DNA of 64,000 nucleotides from Octopus vulgaris (Eukaryota): NCBI GenBank assembly GCA_951406725.2, contig OX597835.1, positions 2,418,001 to 2,482,000 of the forward strand, read 5' to 3'. Shown piece by piece: positions 1 to 13,479 of this stretch (position 1 is its first letter; each line of letters starts with the position of its first letter). The notes under the pieces were generated by a model. It saw only the letters and a program-made list of their open reading frames with translations, ran no database searches and was not told where the DNA came from. The position numbers and the translations under genes were made by a program.

Positions 1-502
1 GGGTAGAGTCCTCCATTCATATTGAATTCCCTCCTAGTCCTCCTGTCTAGCTTTGCTAATTCAGATTTTGCAAATATATATATATTCCTTAGGTTGGAAC
101 AAAGAAAAGAAACGTCAAGTGATTGATGCAATATTTCCTTTTGGTCTACATCAACATCCCATATTCGGTCCCCATCTATTTACCTGTCCTTTTGCTGTCC
201 TCACTGGCATTTCTCTTCCAAGATCTTGACTACTGTTGCTGATAATGTTTCTTGAGACTTACCTGTTTCACAGTGTGTGCCGTGTGTTACAAAGATATTG
301 TCATGGTGTCACTTTTATTTCTCTTCAGTAAAATCTGTTCAAACCTCGACACAATGTGTGCCAGGGTGCCCCTTTCTCCACAAAATCTACGCTGCTGGTT
401 GCCCCCTCTAAACCCCATCTGTGCAGGTTTGTTGGTGTTAGGAGTGTGTTATACACCTGTCGAGCAGGAAGGAGAGACACAAAGTTTTCAGTTTCCACAG
501 TG

Positions 503-566
503 GGATCTTTCTCTTTGGGGATCTTTCTCTTTGGGGATCTTTCTCTTTGGGGATCTTCCTTTTGGA
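503..566. repeat. 16-bp minisatellite ggatctttctctttgg, about 4 copies
   Basis: Read directly. Confidence 0.85.
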
Positions 567-692
567 GTAGTCTCCCTCAGACTCCACCTTTGTGTGTCTG
601 TAATTCAACAATTCTTAAATGTCATATCTTCAAAAACAAAATGGTTTATTCTTACATTGTTTGTAGTTTAATATTTAATTTTTTTTATATAT

Positions 693-864
693 AGGTGCAG
701 GAGTGGCTGTGTGGTAAGTAGCTTGCTTACCAACCACATGGTTCTGGGTTCATTCCCACTGCGTGGCACCTTGGGCAAATGTCTTCAACTATAGCCTCGG
801 GCCAACCAAAGCCTGGTGAGTGGATTTGGTAGACGGAAACCGAAAGAAGCACGTCGTATATATG

Positions 865-895
<31 letters not shown>

Positions 896-1122
896 ATATG
901 TTTGTGTATCTGTGTTTGTCCCCCCCCAAAAACATCGCTTGACAACCGATGCTGGTGAGTTTACGTCCCCGTCACTTAGCGGTTCGGAAAAATAGACCGA
1001 TACAATAAGTACTAGGCTTACAAAGAATAAGTCCTGGGGTCGATTTGTTCGACTAAAAGGCTGTGCTCCAGCATGGCCGCCGCAGTCAAATGGCTGAAAC
1101 AAATAAAAGAGAGTAAAAGAGA
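693..1122 (+). mobile_element. tRNA-derived SINE family 1 (Octopus-type, internal AT/GT microsatellite)
   Basis: A/B-box-like head (gtggctgtgtggtaag...ggttca), gcaccttgggcaa core, tail ending gaaacaa-taaaaga; many near-identical copies in the window. Confidence 0.85.
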
Positions 1123-1699
1123 GTAATGTAGTATGAAAATGTTTCATCGTTCTAAACTGCAACCTGGACACGAACGACGTTACACTGCAACAATGTCAGT
1201 GAGCAGGTCGCGGTTTGGAGCGGCGAAATCTTTAGACACCATATTAGAAGCAAGAAATGCTTGATTGAAGTGAAGCCATTGTGCGTTTCTGAATGGCTAA
1301 TATCAGTCTTAATATCAGTCATCAGTCTTCCACTTTGCAATCGTTTAGGAAAATGATTTGGACAGAAAAGAGTTAAACGAGAAAGTTTAATAACGACAGT
1401 CTTATGATAAACACAGTTTTTATATTTTGCGCCGAATATTATTACCTCAGTATTGCTACAGATACTGGAAGAGCATTTTAATAAACACGATTTGATATCG
1501 TTGTATACGAATTTAGATATAAAATAAATTATATTTCACCTTTTATATGGTATTTGAAACTACATACTAACATTTTGAATAAAAGATTTTTAAACGAGGG
1601 ATTTTAATATCTGGAACCCTTGGTCAATATATATCATTCGGGGTTCAGCCTTATTCCAAGACATGGAAACAATTGCTGGATATATGTGTGTAACATACG

Positions 1700-2760
1700 G
1701 TTGAGTCTTGCCGAAGAAGATGCATTTTGCTATCTTCGACGACGCCGTTGTTTGGTATTCTCCGAACAAGATCGAATGCTATTTTACTGCCCTTTCCTGT
1801 TCTTCTTCACCCCCCAGTCCTCCAAAGAGAAGATGTCCAGGACGCTAATCAAAGCCTCCTTCATCTTCTCAATGTCCACAAAATCATTGTCTCCGAAGTA
1901 CACCTTCAGCTTGGGTAACAACCGAAAGTCACGGGGACAAAGGCCTGGATTGTAGGGAGGGTGAAGGGGAGTAGCCATCTTTATCACGTAGTTGGTTACA
2001 GGGATGGAATTGCGGTCTAGTGCATTGTCCTGATGCAGGTACCACCAATCCGGGTGGGAGAACTCCGGCCTTTTGCGACAAAGTCTCTTCCTAAACTCCC
2101 TCATAACTTCTACAAAGTAATCATTGTCGACCGTCTGGCCAGAGGGAACCCAGTTGATGTAGATGATCCTCTTGCTGTCGAGAAGGGGAATCATCATGAG
2201 TTTCCCGGTGGTTTACTTTGCCTAACCATCTCTGTTTCTTGGTCTCTGAATCATAACAATAGATCTAGGTTTCATCTCAGGTCAATAGAGCCTCAGGCAT
2301 TCTCGGACTGGAAGTAATAAGCTCAACCACCTCTCTACTTTAGTTCGTTCGTCATTAGGGACCCCGAGAGCAAATTTTGCACAAATTTTGCACAAATTTT
2401 GCGCTTGTTAAGATCTTCATGAATAATTCTGTGAACATTTGCCACACCAATTCTAAACAGTATGCTTATTGTCTTCATTGAGCACATCAGAACCAGTTGA
2501 GAAAATTGGCAATTTTCATTCAATAAATTGGGCATTTTCTCAACCAGCTCTGATGTTCTGACCTCCCTATGCTTCCCACGTCTCCAGTTGTCTCTCACAC
2601 CATTTCTACCTTTGAACCTCTTGTACCAGTGAAAAACAAATGCTCAGCCGATATACATTAATCCATTATTCTATAGCGAGCTTTGAAATTGTCTTTAAGT
2701 CCCAACTGCATTCTACGAAGTAGCACAACGCAAAAACTTCAATAAAAAACAAACAAACAA
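1700..2760 (-). mobile_element. Degenerate mariner (Tc1/mariner) transposase remnant; boundaries approximate
   Basis: Translated motifs LHQDNA, HPPYNPGLCPRDFRLLPKLK (YSPDLAP-like), VPSGQTV, and the HTH region IIHEDLNKRKICAKFV; broken frames. Confidence 0.85.
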
Positions 2761-3074
2761 TTCGGTCAATATCAAAGATGGACACAGACAACAAAATGAA
2801 ATCAGTATAAAGTGTATAAAACCAGACGGATTTACGAAAGGAAATAGATCTTGTCTGACAGTCGCACTGGCCTGAAACTGTTGTCATAAAAAAGAATTCA
2901 ATAGTGGGTACACTCTTTTTTTTTTTTACTACTGCTGACAAACTGAAATATTTCAATATGTGTGGGGTGTTTATGCTCACCTGGTTCATTTTGTCGATAA
3001 CTTTATTTAAGCAATCGAATCTCTAAATTGTTTTTTTTTTTATACAACTTCCTTTCTATTGTTGCTATTTCCAG

Positions 3075-3291
3075 GGTCAGATCTAAGAGATCCCAGCGTG
3101 GTTGTTCAAGGTTCTGTGAACCCCCTTTGCCACCGAAGGAAGATACATGCTGTGACGATCATAAGTGTGTATGTCGTTCAACATGGTATAAATGCAAGTG
3201 TTTAAATCCTATTATGCACCGGGGGAGCTCAAGGAGGACAACAACAACTGGTTATATTTTTATGTTTTATTATTTTCTTCATTTTGTGTAG
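3075..3291 (+). CDS. Gene A, last coding exon: (x)VRSKR|SQRGCSRFCEPPLPPKEDTCCDDHKCVCRSTWYKCKCLNPIMHRGSSRRTTTTGYIFMFYYFLHFV*. 8-Cys knottin with GPI-like tail; upstream exons not found, probably left of the window
   Basis: Polypyrimidine tract and acceptor tttccag|G at 3074/3075, same phase 2 as paralogs. Furin-type RSKR, Cys framework C-x3-C-x10-CC-x4-CxC-x6-CxC, hydrophobic C-terminus, AATAAA at ~3341. Confidence 0.85.
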
Positions 3292-3631
3292 ACTTCTTCA
3301 AGATTTTGCAAATTTTATTTTGAAATTTTTATTTAACAGTAATAAATTAGCAATTGAGAAGTAAACATTTCATATTAAAGGCACGTTTAGGTTTTTACCG
3401 CAAATTGTTATAGAAGAGGTCGCATATAAACGCTCATTGGGTAACTCATGAGTGTAGAAAATGTTAGGCATGGTTTCTCCACGAGATTCAATTCCTTCGT
3501 TGAATCGCGCACTGTTTAGAACAATTTTGACCTTTAAATGTTTGGGAAAATGCGGATTGTACTCGAGGATTTACGGTATTCGTTTTTGCTTTGAATCTTC
3601 TCTTTGAATATTCTGTCTTGTGCGATTATAT

Positions 3632-4055
3632 ACTCTCTTTTCTCTTTTACTCTCTTTTACTTGTTTCAGTCATTTGACTGCGGCCATGCTGGAGCACCGC
3701 CTTTAGTCGAGCAAATCGACCCCGGGACTTATTCTTTGTAAGCCCAGTACTTATTCTATCGGTCTCTTTTGCCGAACCGCTAAGTGACGGGGACGTAAAC
3801 ACACCAGCATCGGTTGTCAAGCAATGCTAGGGAGACAAACACAGACACACAAACATATACACACACACTTATATATATTTATACATATATACGACAGGCT
3901 TCTTTCAGTTTCCGTCTACCAAATCCACTCACAAGGCATTGGTCGGCCCGGGGCTATAGCAGAAGACACTTGCCCAAGATGCCACGCAGTGGGACTGAAC
4001 CCGGAATCATGTGGTTGGTTAGCAAGCTACTTACCACACAGCCACTTCTGCACCT
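3632..4055 (-). mobile_element. SINE family 1
   Basis: Reverse-complement copy of 693-1122. Confidence 0.85.
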
Positions 4056-4240
4056 ATATATTGAACATGATTAAATTCTTTTCCCAGTATTACGCTCAGA
4101 ATATACCTACGTTTATTTTCTATTTTCATTTAACGACATTATCCAGTATAAATTGCATGACACTCAAAGAAGGAACTTTTAGAGTCGTGAATACATTTTC
4201 TATAAATCAATACCCAAAGAATGTTCAGGCACAAATATAT

Positions 4241-4326
4241 TGTAGTGACGCCTGGTTCCAGACGCCATTTTGGGATTAGAGTTTTCCCGGAAGACCTGCC
4301 GGAAATCCCTTATGCGCATGCGCAGT

Positions 4327-4358
<32 letters not shown>

Positions 4359-4666
4359 AGGCTTGACCGCTATTCTCTCTCTTTGCCCTCTGCTGCCGAC
4401 CGAGCCAGACGCAACAGAAGGCGATCCATTAGTTCGGCGAATCTGTGAAGAATGTCTTCACAATTGTGATTGAACCGACTCTGCTGCCTCCAGCCTCCAG
4501 CCCCCCCTCCCTCGGCCACCGATTTGTCCGGAGATGTAACGCTTGTACAGACGGAAATAAATTATTATTGTTATTTGTTCGGAGATTCTTGTTCCCGCTA
4601 TTTTCGTTTCCACGACTACGTAAGGAATTGTGAGGCACCCATCCAGTGCCAACCCCACGTCCTACA
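4241..4666. mobile_element. Solo LTR
   Basis: Termini TGTAG...CTACA, 4-bp target duplication ATAT (4237-4240 and 4667-4670), internal AATAAA, GC-richer than flanks. Confidence 0.75.
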
Positions 4667-4871
4667 ATATGTCTGATGCTTTGCCATAAAGATATTTTTG
4701 TGCCTTTCCTTTGACCTGCTCTTTATTTTCAGGTGTATTCCTGTACGTATCTCTTTGATCTATCATTTTATATTGCATTGAATGAGATTCATCTTACCAT
4801 TTACACTGGACAGATCTCTGCTATAGATGAAACAGAGAGGGAAAAGGTTACAAATGCACATTTATAGTTCT

Positions 4872-5258
4872 ACTAGCAGTATCGCCCGGCGTTGCTCAGG
4901 TTTGTAAGGGAAATAACTATAAAGCATTTTTAGAGAGTTATAGCCAAAAATAGCAAAAAAATGGAAAAAAAATTATGGTAAATTTTTTTTGAGAGTTAAA
5001 AAAGGTGGAGTTGCGTCCCCTAGACGGTCTGTGGTTTGGGTTTCTGATTCTCGACCCCATGTCGAATTTATCGATTTTTTCAGAACTGGGGGAACTTTTC
5101 AAAATTTTCGCTGCGTTAGTTTTGAATTATTACATTGGGCTATGTGTGTGTCAAGTTTCATCAGAATCGGTTGAAAGCCGTGGTCAGGGTGAGGGTACAA
5201 GCAAACAGACACACAGAAACACGCACAGACAAACTGCCGTTTATATAGAGAGAGATAT
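4872..5258 (+). mobile_element. Non-autonomous Helitron/Helentron-like (HINE/DINE-type) repeat; second copy 12337-12722, related head at ~15795
   Basis: Two very similar ~385 bp copies starting actagcagtatcgcccggcgttgctc and ending acagacaaactgccgtttatata(t)agagagat. Class inferred from architecture. Confidence 0.6.
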
Positions 5259-5299
5259 TTAAGAGAAGAGAAGAGAGGATGAAACTGATAAACTGTCCA

Positions 5300-5760
5300 C
5301 AGTCTGTCTACCCTATGTGGAAGGCCCCTCCGCAAAGATACAAAAGATATGCTGCCAATATGACATCAGGACAGTATTCAAGAGTATTACAATACTTCGC
5401 AAATATCTCCTTCGAGTAAAAGCACCAATAGAAGAGAATATGACTAAGAACTGCGTGTACTCCATCTCATGCAGCTGTGGTAGGTTATACAAAGGCGAAA
5501 CATGCCGCCTCCTCAAAAAAGGACAGAGGAACATGTGACACTGAGAGATATTGATAAATCGGGTATAGCTGATCATGTGTGGGGAAAATGGAGACCACCT
5601 CCCCACCTGTGGGATGAAGTTAAAATAATAGACAGAGAATACAATTGGAAAATACGAAAACTAAAAGAAGCAGCACATATGCTAGGACACAACAACCTCC
5701 TAAGCAGATCGAGTGCATATATGAACAGTATATGGGAACCGGTATTAAGGAAGGATATAT
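5300..5760 (+). mobile_element. Penelope-like GIY-YIG endonuclease remnant (frameshifted)
   Basis: [46 protein letters not shown]. Confidence 0.8.
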
Positions 5761-5780
5761 ATAGACAGCTCGTCACCGTC

Positions 5781-5884
<104 letters not shown>

Positions 5885-5927
5885 TTATATATATATATAT
5901 GTGTGTATATATATATATATATATGTA

Positions 5928-6260
5928 TACTACAAAATTAGAAAATGGAGAAACATACTTAAATCAATCAAACATCAACCAACAGATGATACCCAATCAA
6001 TACTTTATTACACCATTACATAACAGTAAAGGCATTATACAAAATATACTGTAAATATAATTAGACAAGGAAATAGAAATATAAAATATAATATGTAATT
6101 ATATCATATCTGACAGCTGTTTCGGCAGTAAGGGCAAGCATGCCTCATTTAACCTATAAGCCATATAAGGCAGGTATAAATGAGACATTAACAAGGATGC
6201 CCCACGGCCTCTTCAGAGAATTTAATAAATTATAATTGTGAAAAAATGTTTTTTCCATAT
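5928..6260 (-). mobile_element. Penelope pLTR-like repeat with hammerhead-like motif; related copy ~63655-64000
   Basis: Two diverged copies; minus strand CTGAAGA...GAAA-CAGCTG-TC. Confidence 0.55.
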
Positions 6261-6286
6261 ACATATCAATATAAAAATGTAATATA

Positions 6287-6393
<107 letters not shown>

Positions 6394-6938
6394 TTGTGTG
6401 TCTGTGTTTGTCTCCCCCAACATCGCTTAATAACCGATGCTGGTGTGTTTACGTCCCCGTCACTTAGCGGTTCGGCAAAATAGACCGATAGAAAAAGTTC
6501 TAGGCTTACAAGGAATAAGTCCTGGGGGGGGGGGGTCGATTTGCACGACTAAAGGCGGTGCCTCAGCATGGCCACAGTCAAATGGACTGATACAAGGAAA
6601 AGAGTTAAAGAGTAACGTAAAATATATATATTAGACATGTTTATTGTTGAAAACACAACAGTTTCGAATAAAAAGTCTACTTATCTCCCTCTCTGTCTCA
6701 TATAGTGACGTTACCAATTTTAAGCAGCATCACATTCCTGGAAGATACTTTAATTAAGGATCACACCATTTCTAACATAATCTTTATACATCAAATACAT
6801 TTTTGAACGTTGATAAACGAATATTTCTATAATACATTTCCTCCAAAACATTCGTTTGCCTCCAGTTTGATATGTTGTCTTATATTAACCTGACTCATTG
6901 GTCGAAATGATTTGTTTTATTTGTTTTATATTTTGTTC

Positions 6939-6988
<50 letters not shown>

Positions 6989-7012
6989 TAATAATAATAA
7001 TAAAAAATAATG

Positions 7013-7067
<55 letters not shown>

Positions 7068-7540
7068 TAATAATGATGATGAAGATGATAATAATAATAA
7101 TAATGATAATAATAATGATAATAATAATGATAATAATAATGATAATAATAATAATACTGATAATAATGATGATGATGATGATAATAATAATAATGATAAT
7201 AATAATAATAATAATGATAACAATAATAATAATAATAATAATGATAATAATAATGATAATAATAATGATAATAATAATGATAATAATAATAATACTGATA
7301 ATAATGATGATGATGATGATAATAATAATAATGATAATAATAATAATAATAATGATAACAATAATAATAATAATAATAATGATAATAATAATGATAATAA
7401 TGATAATAATAATAATACTGATAATAATGATAATAATAATAATAATACTGATAATAATGATGATGATGATAATAATAATAATAATAATAATAATATTCAT
7501 AATAATAATAATAATAATAATGATGATGATGATGATGATG
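6939..7540. repeat. (AAT/GAT)n microsatellite
   Basis: Read directly. Confidence 0.95.
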
Positions 7541-7862
7541 GTCTGAGACCCCCTTCGGTCACGACATTGACCCCCCATGCACAAGTCCGGGCAAGGTTGT
7601 TTTTATGGAAGGCCAGCAGTCGCCCATGCATACCGACCTCCCCTCTTCACCCCACTGATGTCATCCAAGGGAAAGGCAAAGGGGCCGATACAGCTTTGGC
7701 ACTTGTGACGTCGCAACCCATTTCTACAGCGGAGTGAACGGGAGAAACGTGAAATAAAGTGTCTTGCTCAAGAACACAACATGCAGCCCGGTCCGGGATT
7801 TGAGCTCACAACCTCAAGATCGTAAACTCGACGCTCTAACCATTGAGCCACGCGCCTTCACA

Positions 7863-7918
<56 letters not shown>

Positions 7919-8032
7919 TGACAACAACAGTTATGAGCAGAGATGTCTGTATTACAAGGGCAAATCGGAAAACGGAGAAATACTCTGATTCATAAATATA
8001 TAATTATGTAGGTTTGTGACCGGTGTGTCACT

Positions 8033-8162
8033 TTACGCGCATTTGCATCCCTCCGTGGCGGACGTACAGAGACAGTCAGTGTCCTGACAACATGGAGCGT
8101 ATAATTTACTCTGCATAGGATTGCATCTCTCACCCACTGCTGCGCATGGGCGTGCTGGGCTT
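8033..8162 (-). CDS. Gene B, coding exon 3: (K)R|SPARPCAAVGERCNPMQSKLYAPCCQDTDCLCTSATEGCKCA*. Soluble 8-Cys knottin; not in the ORF track
   Basis: Minus-strand acceptor ttctctacatttacag|A, phase 2. Framework C-x6-C-x10-CC-x4-CxC-x6-CxC; TAA at 8035-8033. Confidence 0.88.
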
Positions 8163-8464
8163 CTGTAAATGTAGAGAAGAGCAAAGAAGATACAGAAAAA
8201 AGAAACAACCCAGCAATTACGTTGTGTAAATCACAGGGTTTGGTTAAATTGTGTTTGTGTCTATAAACATGTTTGTAAATACATGTATTCAAATGTTACA
8301 GCATGTCAGCAGAAGGGAATAGGCCATAGATTGGCCTATACACACATACACACATACACATACATACATGCATACATTCATGCTTACATTCATGCATACA
8401 TACATACATACATACATACATACATACATACATACATACATACATACATACATACATACGTACA

Positions 8465-8500
<36 letters not shown>

Positions 8501-9942
8501 TATATTAGAAATATTAAAATTACTAAGTCTCTCTAAAGAAGATTACGGCAGCGTTACTGGAAATTAATAGTTATCGCCATACTAATATGGCAGTCTTATA
8601 AATATAAGACTAAAGCTGTCGCTGATTAGCTCCAAGAGGCCACCGCCTCAAGCTAGCTATTTGACACACAACCTGCGTCCATTATAAACCTTCGAACAGG
8701 GGAGGTCAGCCGCTTCATCCTGCCAGTCAGACAGCTGTAGACATGTTTCAGGGTATTTGCCCTTTATCAATGCAGCGTAGTCAGACCCAGCAGGTGTCGC
8801 TACTGACTGTCGCTGTTCGAAGAATCTATTTACCTAGTTTCAGTGGAATACATCCACTTGTTTTCAATAATATTAAAATTACTAAGTCTCTCTAATTTGT
8901 GCAGGTCGTTCGGCAGAAGGCCAGCAACACCATAGACTCTCTCGTCGTTGGACGACGTACGAGGGTTCCACAATTGCTTGCTGAACAACCACACGGGTGA
9001 TTTGTTTATAGGGATCAAATGTTTGTCTAGACATAAGATCACTTCCCTCCATCAAATCGACATTACCTGTATAGGTGCATCACGTGCCACATGTGAGATG
9101 ACGAAAAGAAACAAACAGAAATGAGACATACAACATAACGAATATCCCCCTTCTTCAGTTGTCCCTGTTTCATCGACCCCGCGTTACGAAGGTAAGGATA
9201 ATACACGACTACGTTGAAACAATCCTTCCCGCAAAGCAAATTAAAAATAAAATTTGGGATTTTTTTGCGGAGGGTGAAAGTGGTAACAAGAACCCTCGGG
9301 GTCAAATTTTCGATGCACAATACATTTCCGGAGGTGATACTCGTGACAAGTCTTCCACATCGCTCATCGTCTTCCAGATGGTTCTACTGCTTTTGAAATG
9401 CCCAGGCCACTGGTGATCTAAACTAATAGGCACGCTGCCTGAGTGCTCCAATTGATAAACTACTAGGACCCAAGTTTACAACGGGGGCTGGTATAAATTA
9501 GCAGGTATAAATTAAAGGAAGAGGAAAACAAAACGAGGTAGGACTTCGATTCACCATTAATTAATTTAAATGATCTAATATGCTTCTCCTGCCTTGGTTT
9601 TGTTTTTCTCTTCCTTTAATTTATTGACACATACGTATATACACACACGCTCTTACGTACACACATACGCACACGCGCGTGCGCACACGTGTGTGTGTGA
9701 ATTTTATGTGTTTGTCCCCCACCACCGCTTAACAACTGATGTTGCTGTGTTTACGCTCCTGTAACTTTGCGGTTCGGCAAAAAAAAAAAAAAAATCCGGA
9801 GAAAATATGTATCAGGCTTTTGAAAAATGGAAAATTAGTACAAAGGTCGATTAGTACGACTAAAATTCCTCAAGGTGGTGCCCCAGCATGGCCATAATCT
9901 AATGACTGAAACAAAATAAAAGATAAAATGTATAATTCTTAC

Positions 9943-9997
9943 CTTTTTACGAAACCTTCGCGCTCTCTTTTAAAAAAAATACCAGGCATATATCGAT
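9943..9997 (-). CDS. Gene B, coding exon 2 (propeptide): DRYMPGIFFKREREGFVK(R)
   Basis: tttccag|AT...AG|gtaaga; 55 nt, phase 1 in and 2 out, same size as exon 2 of C and D; open frame. Confidence 0.85.
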
Positions 9998-10919
9998 CTG
10001 GAAATTAAGCCAATCGTTACGAAGAATCAGTTTTCAGTTGACTAAATTCTTGTATGAAAACATATTGATTACACAAATATAGTAACTGGATATTTAAATA
10101 AATAGTAGACGGTGAAATTCACAGGACGGTAACAATTGGAACTTATATTTTCCTTCCTGGAAATAGGATAAATGATTTCACAGAAATCGAACGTGCAATC
10201 TTCTAGTCTGCCACCTTTGCTTGTCAAAATAAACCCATTTAGTCTCACAGCTTCACCACTCACACACATCCTTTGCAAACGTACTGGGGATACAAATTAC
10301 TTCATTAATTAATCAACATATATCTTGAGGTTGTGAGCTCAAATCCCGGACCGGGCTGCATGTTGTGTTCTTGAGCAAGACACTTTATTTTACGTTTCTC
10401 CAGTTCACTCCGCTGTAGAAATGAGTTGCGACGTCACAAGTGCCAAAGCTGTATCGGCCCCTTTGCCTTTCCCTTGGATGACATCAGTGGGGTGAAGAGG
10501 GGAGGCCGGTATGCATGGGCGACTGCTCGTATATTATGTATATTCCGTAATTATCCTAATGTAGTCCTTATTGTTCTCTGAAAACCGCGACGGTTTTCCT
10601 TATAAGGTATTTAAAATGCGAAAGTGTATTTTTATATATGCTTTGTAATTTTAAAATTATTTGAGAAACGAAACAATTGTTGGTTAATAGGTTGATTAAT
10701 TTATGAATTAATTTGTATCTATTAGATCTCTCTGTTCCTAACTCAATAACTATATAATATATCTATTGAAGGAGTTTCCCTTCAAAATTGAATACATTAA
10801 ACATGTGTATCTTGGATAAATATCCGTATAAGAGTTTTGAATATCCTCATTGTGATATAGATAATATAATATTATATATTATAGTATAAAGTGGAGGCGC
10901 GTGGCTTAGTGGTTAAAAT

Positions 10920-11595
<676 letters not shown>

Positions 11596-11882
11596 CCAAA
11601 CCGTAAAATTATATTATTAGAAAATTCCATTGATTTTCTAATCAATGAAACTCCAAGCGAAGTCATTCCTTTCCTTTTTCCAATATATATATATATATAA
11701 TTTCAGCAACAAATGAATATGGTACTTAATTTAGATGCACCAGAATTTTGTATGGTGTTATCCATAAAAATTTGCGAGGTGATTATATATATATATATAT
11801 AATGCCTACGTCATTATTCATCGTCTGACCGTTGTGCCTTGTCCCAGTCACTATGAAGTAATAAGGAACAATGAGTACTTAC

Positions 11883-11952
11883 CTTGAAGGTATGAGAACA
11901 CGAATGGAATGAATACACAGAGGTACAAACAGAGTGTAAAATTAGGTTTCAT
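11883..11952 (-). CDS. Gene B, coding exon 1 (signal peptide): MKPNFTLCLYLCVFIPFVFSYLQ
   Basis: caacag|gtgcaggATG ... CAAG|gtaagt; 70 nt, phase 1; hydrophobic core. Joined CDS 70+55+130=255 nt gives an 84 aa precursor. Confidence 0.85.
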
Positions 11953-12993
11953 CCTGCACCTGTTGATATAAAACGACAATAATAAGAGCTACCAAAGAAG
12001 CCCGTCTCTAACAAAGAAACAAAGGTTCTGTTTTGCAATTTACGTCACAAGGTTGAGTGTTTTTTGTGTTAAATTTTACAAGTTTTGCTTAGTTTCATTT
12101 TATTCCTTACTGATTTTATTTGCATGGGGTGTTTAGCGGAATACTTTTGCTGCCGGAGTATTTGGCATACTTTTGCTGCCGGAGTATTTGGCATGTCACG
12201 ACTATCATGCAGATGTTTAGTCACAGAGAGAAGTATGCCATTGATTGTAGATATAAATTCCTAGGTGTTTATAGCCACGCATTTTGCTGTAAAGTTTGGA
12301 ATTTGGTAAGCAAGTTCTTTTGTTTAGATATCAAACACTAGCAGTATCGCCCGGCGTTGCTCAGGTTTGTAAGGGAAATAACTATAAAGCATTTTTAGAG
12401 AGTTATAGCCAAAAAATAGCAAAAAAATGGAAAAAAATGATGGTAAATTTTTTTTTAGAGTAAAAAAAGGTGGAGTTGCGTCCCCTAGACAGTTTGCGGT
12501 TTGTGTTTCTGATTCTCGACCCCATGTCGAATTTATCGATTTTTTTCAGATCTGGGGGAACTTTTCAAAATTTTCGCTGCGTTAGTTTTGAATTATGACA
12601 TTGGGCTATGTGTGTGTCAAGTTTCATCAGAATCGGTTGAAAGCCGTGGTCAGAGTGAGGGTACAAGCAAACAGACACACAGAAACACGCACAGACAAAC
12701 TGCCGTTTATATATAGAGAGATAAACGTTTGTTTTGGGCAAATTGTTTCCGTATCATTCGAAACTGTCATCGAATCCAACTCTTCTGAACAATGTATGTA
12801 TGTATGTATGTATGTATGTATGTATGTATGTATGTATGTATGTATGTATGGTATGTACGTACGTATGTATGTCAGGTCACTTTCGAGTGCTACTGGTAAC
12901 ATGTAACCCAGTACAACCTGTTGCAAGGTCGGGCCGTCGGCGACTAAACCAACAGCCCCACCAAGCTTGCTTGGTGAGGAGGATGTTTATATA

Positions 12994-13068
<75 letters not shown>

Positions 13069-13479
13069 CTTAGTGTGAATATATTATAAGAAAGTCACAG
13101 TCCTGCAGTATTCATCTTCAGAAGGCATCTCCAATAGATGTCTAGCGTTAAAAAGCACAGAAGTATCATTAGCAGACGAAAATCGCAGCGGTGGTGGAAT
13201 TGCTATATCACGATATTTCTGCGTATTTTTGAGTCATCGGTAGCAAGTATCCACTCTCTGCTGCATCCTTAGACCAGCTTTTCCTCTACTGATATATTCA
13301 GAAAAATGTTTAAGAAGTTACTGGCATCACAAATACCTGGCTGAATTTCGTTACTAAAAAACGGAAGCTGCGTTTTTTAAGAATAGGAAACTGTATATCT
13401 TACTCAAATTAGATACACTGTAAGAAAGACACAAAAAATGCAGTACTTATCTCGAGAAGGCATCGCGATAGATATCTCA

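Noticed and set aside
65-119. Possible exon 2 of gene A (ttcag|ATTTTGCA...)
   Set aside because: The GT donor gives 54 nt and the wrong phase, and the donor is weak; not supportable.
693-770. tRNA genes
   Set aside because: The A/B-box-like heads belong to SINEs; no complete cloverleaf was identified.
6885-7737. Long poly-N/I/L and YI/HT/VC ORFs here and at ~22000, ~45500 and ~62700
   Set aside because: Translations of microsatellites.
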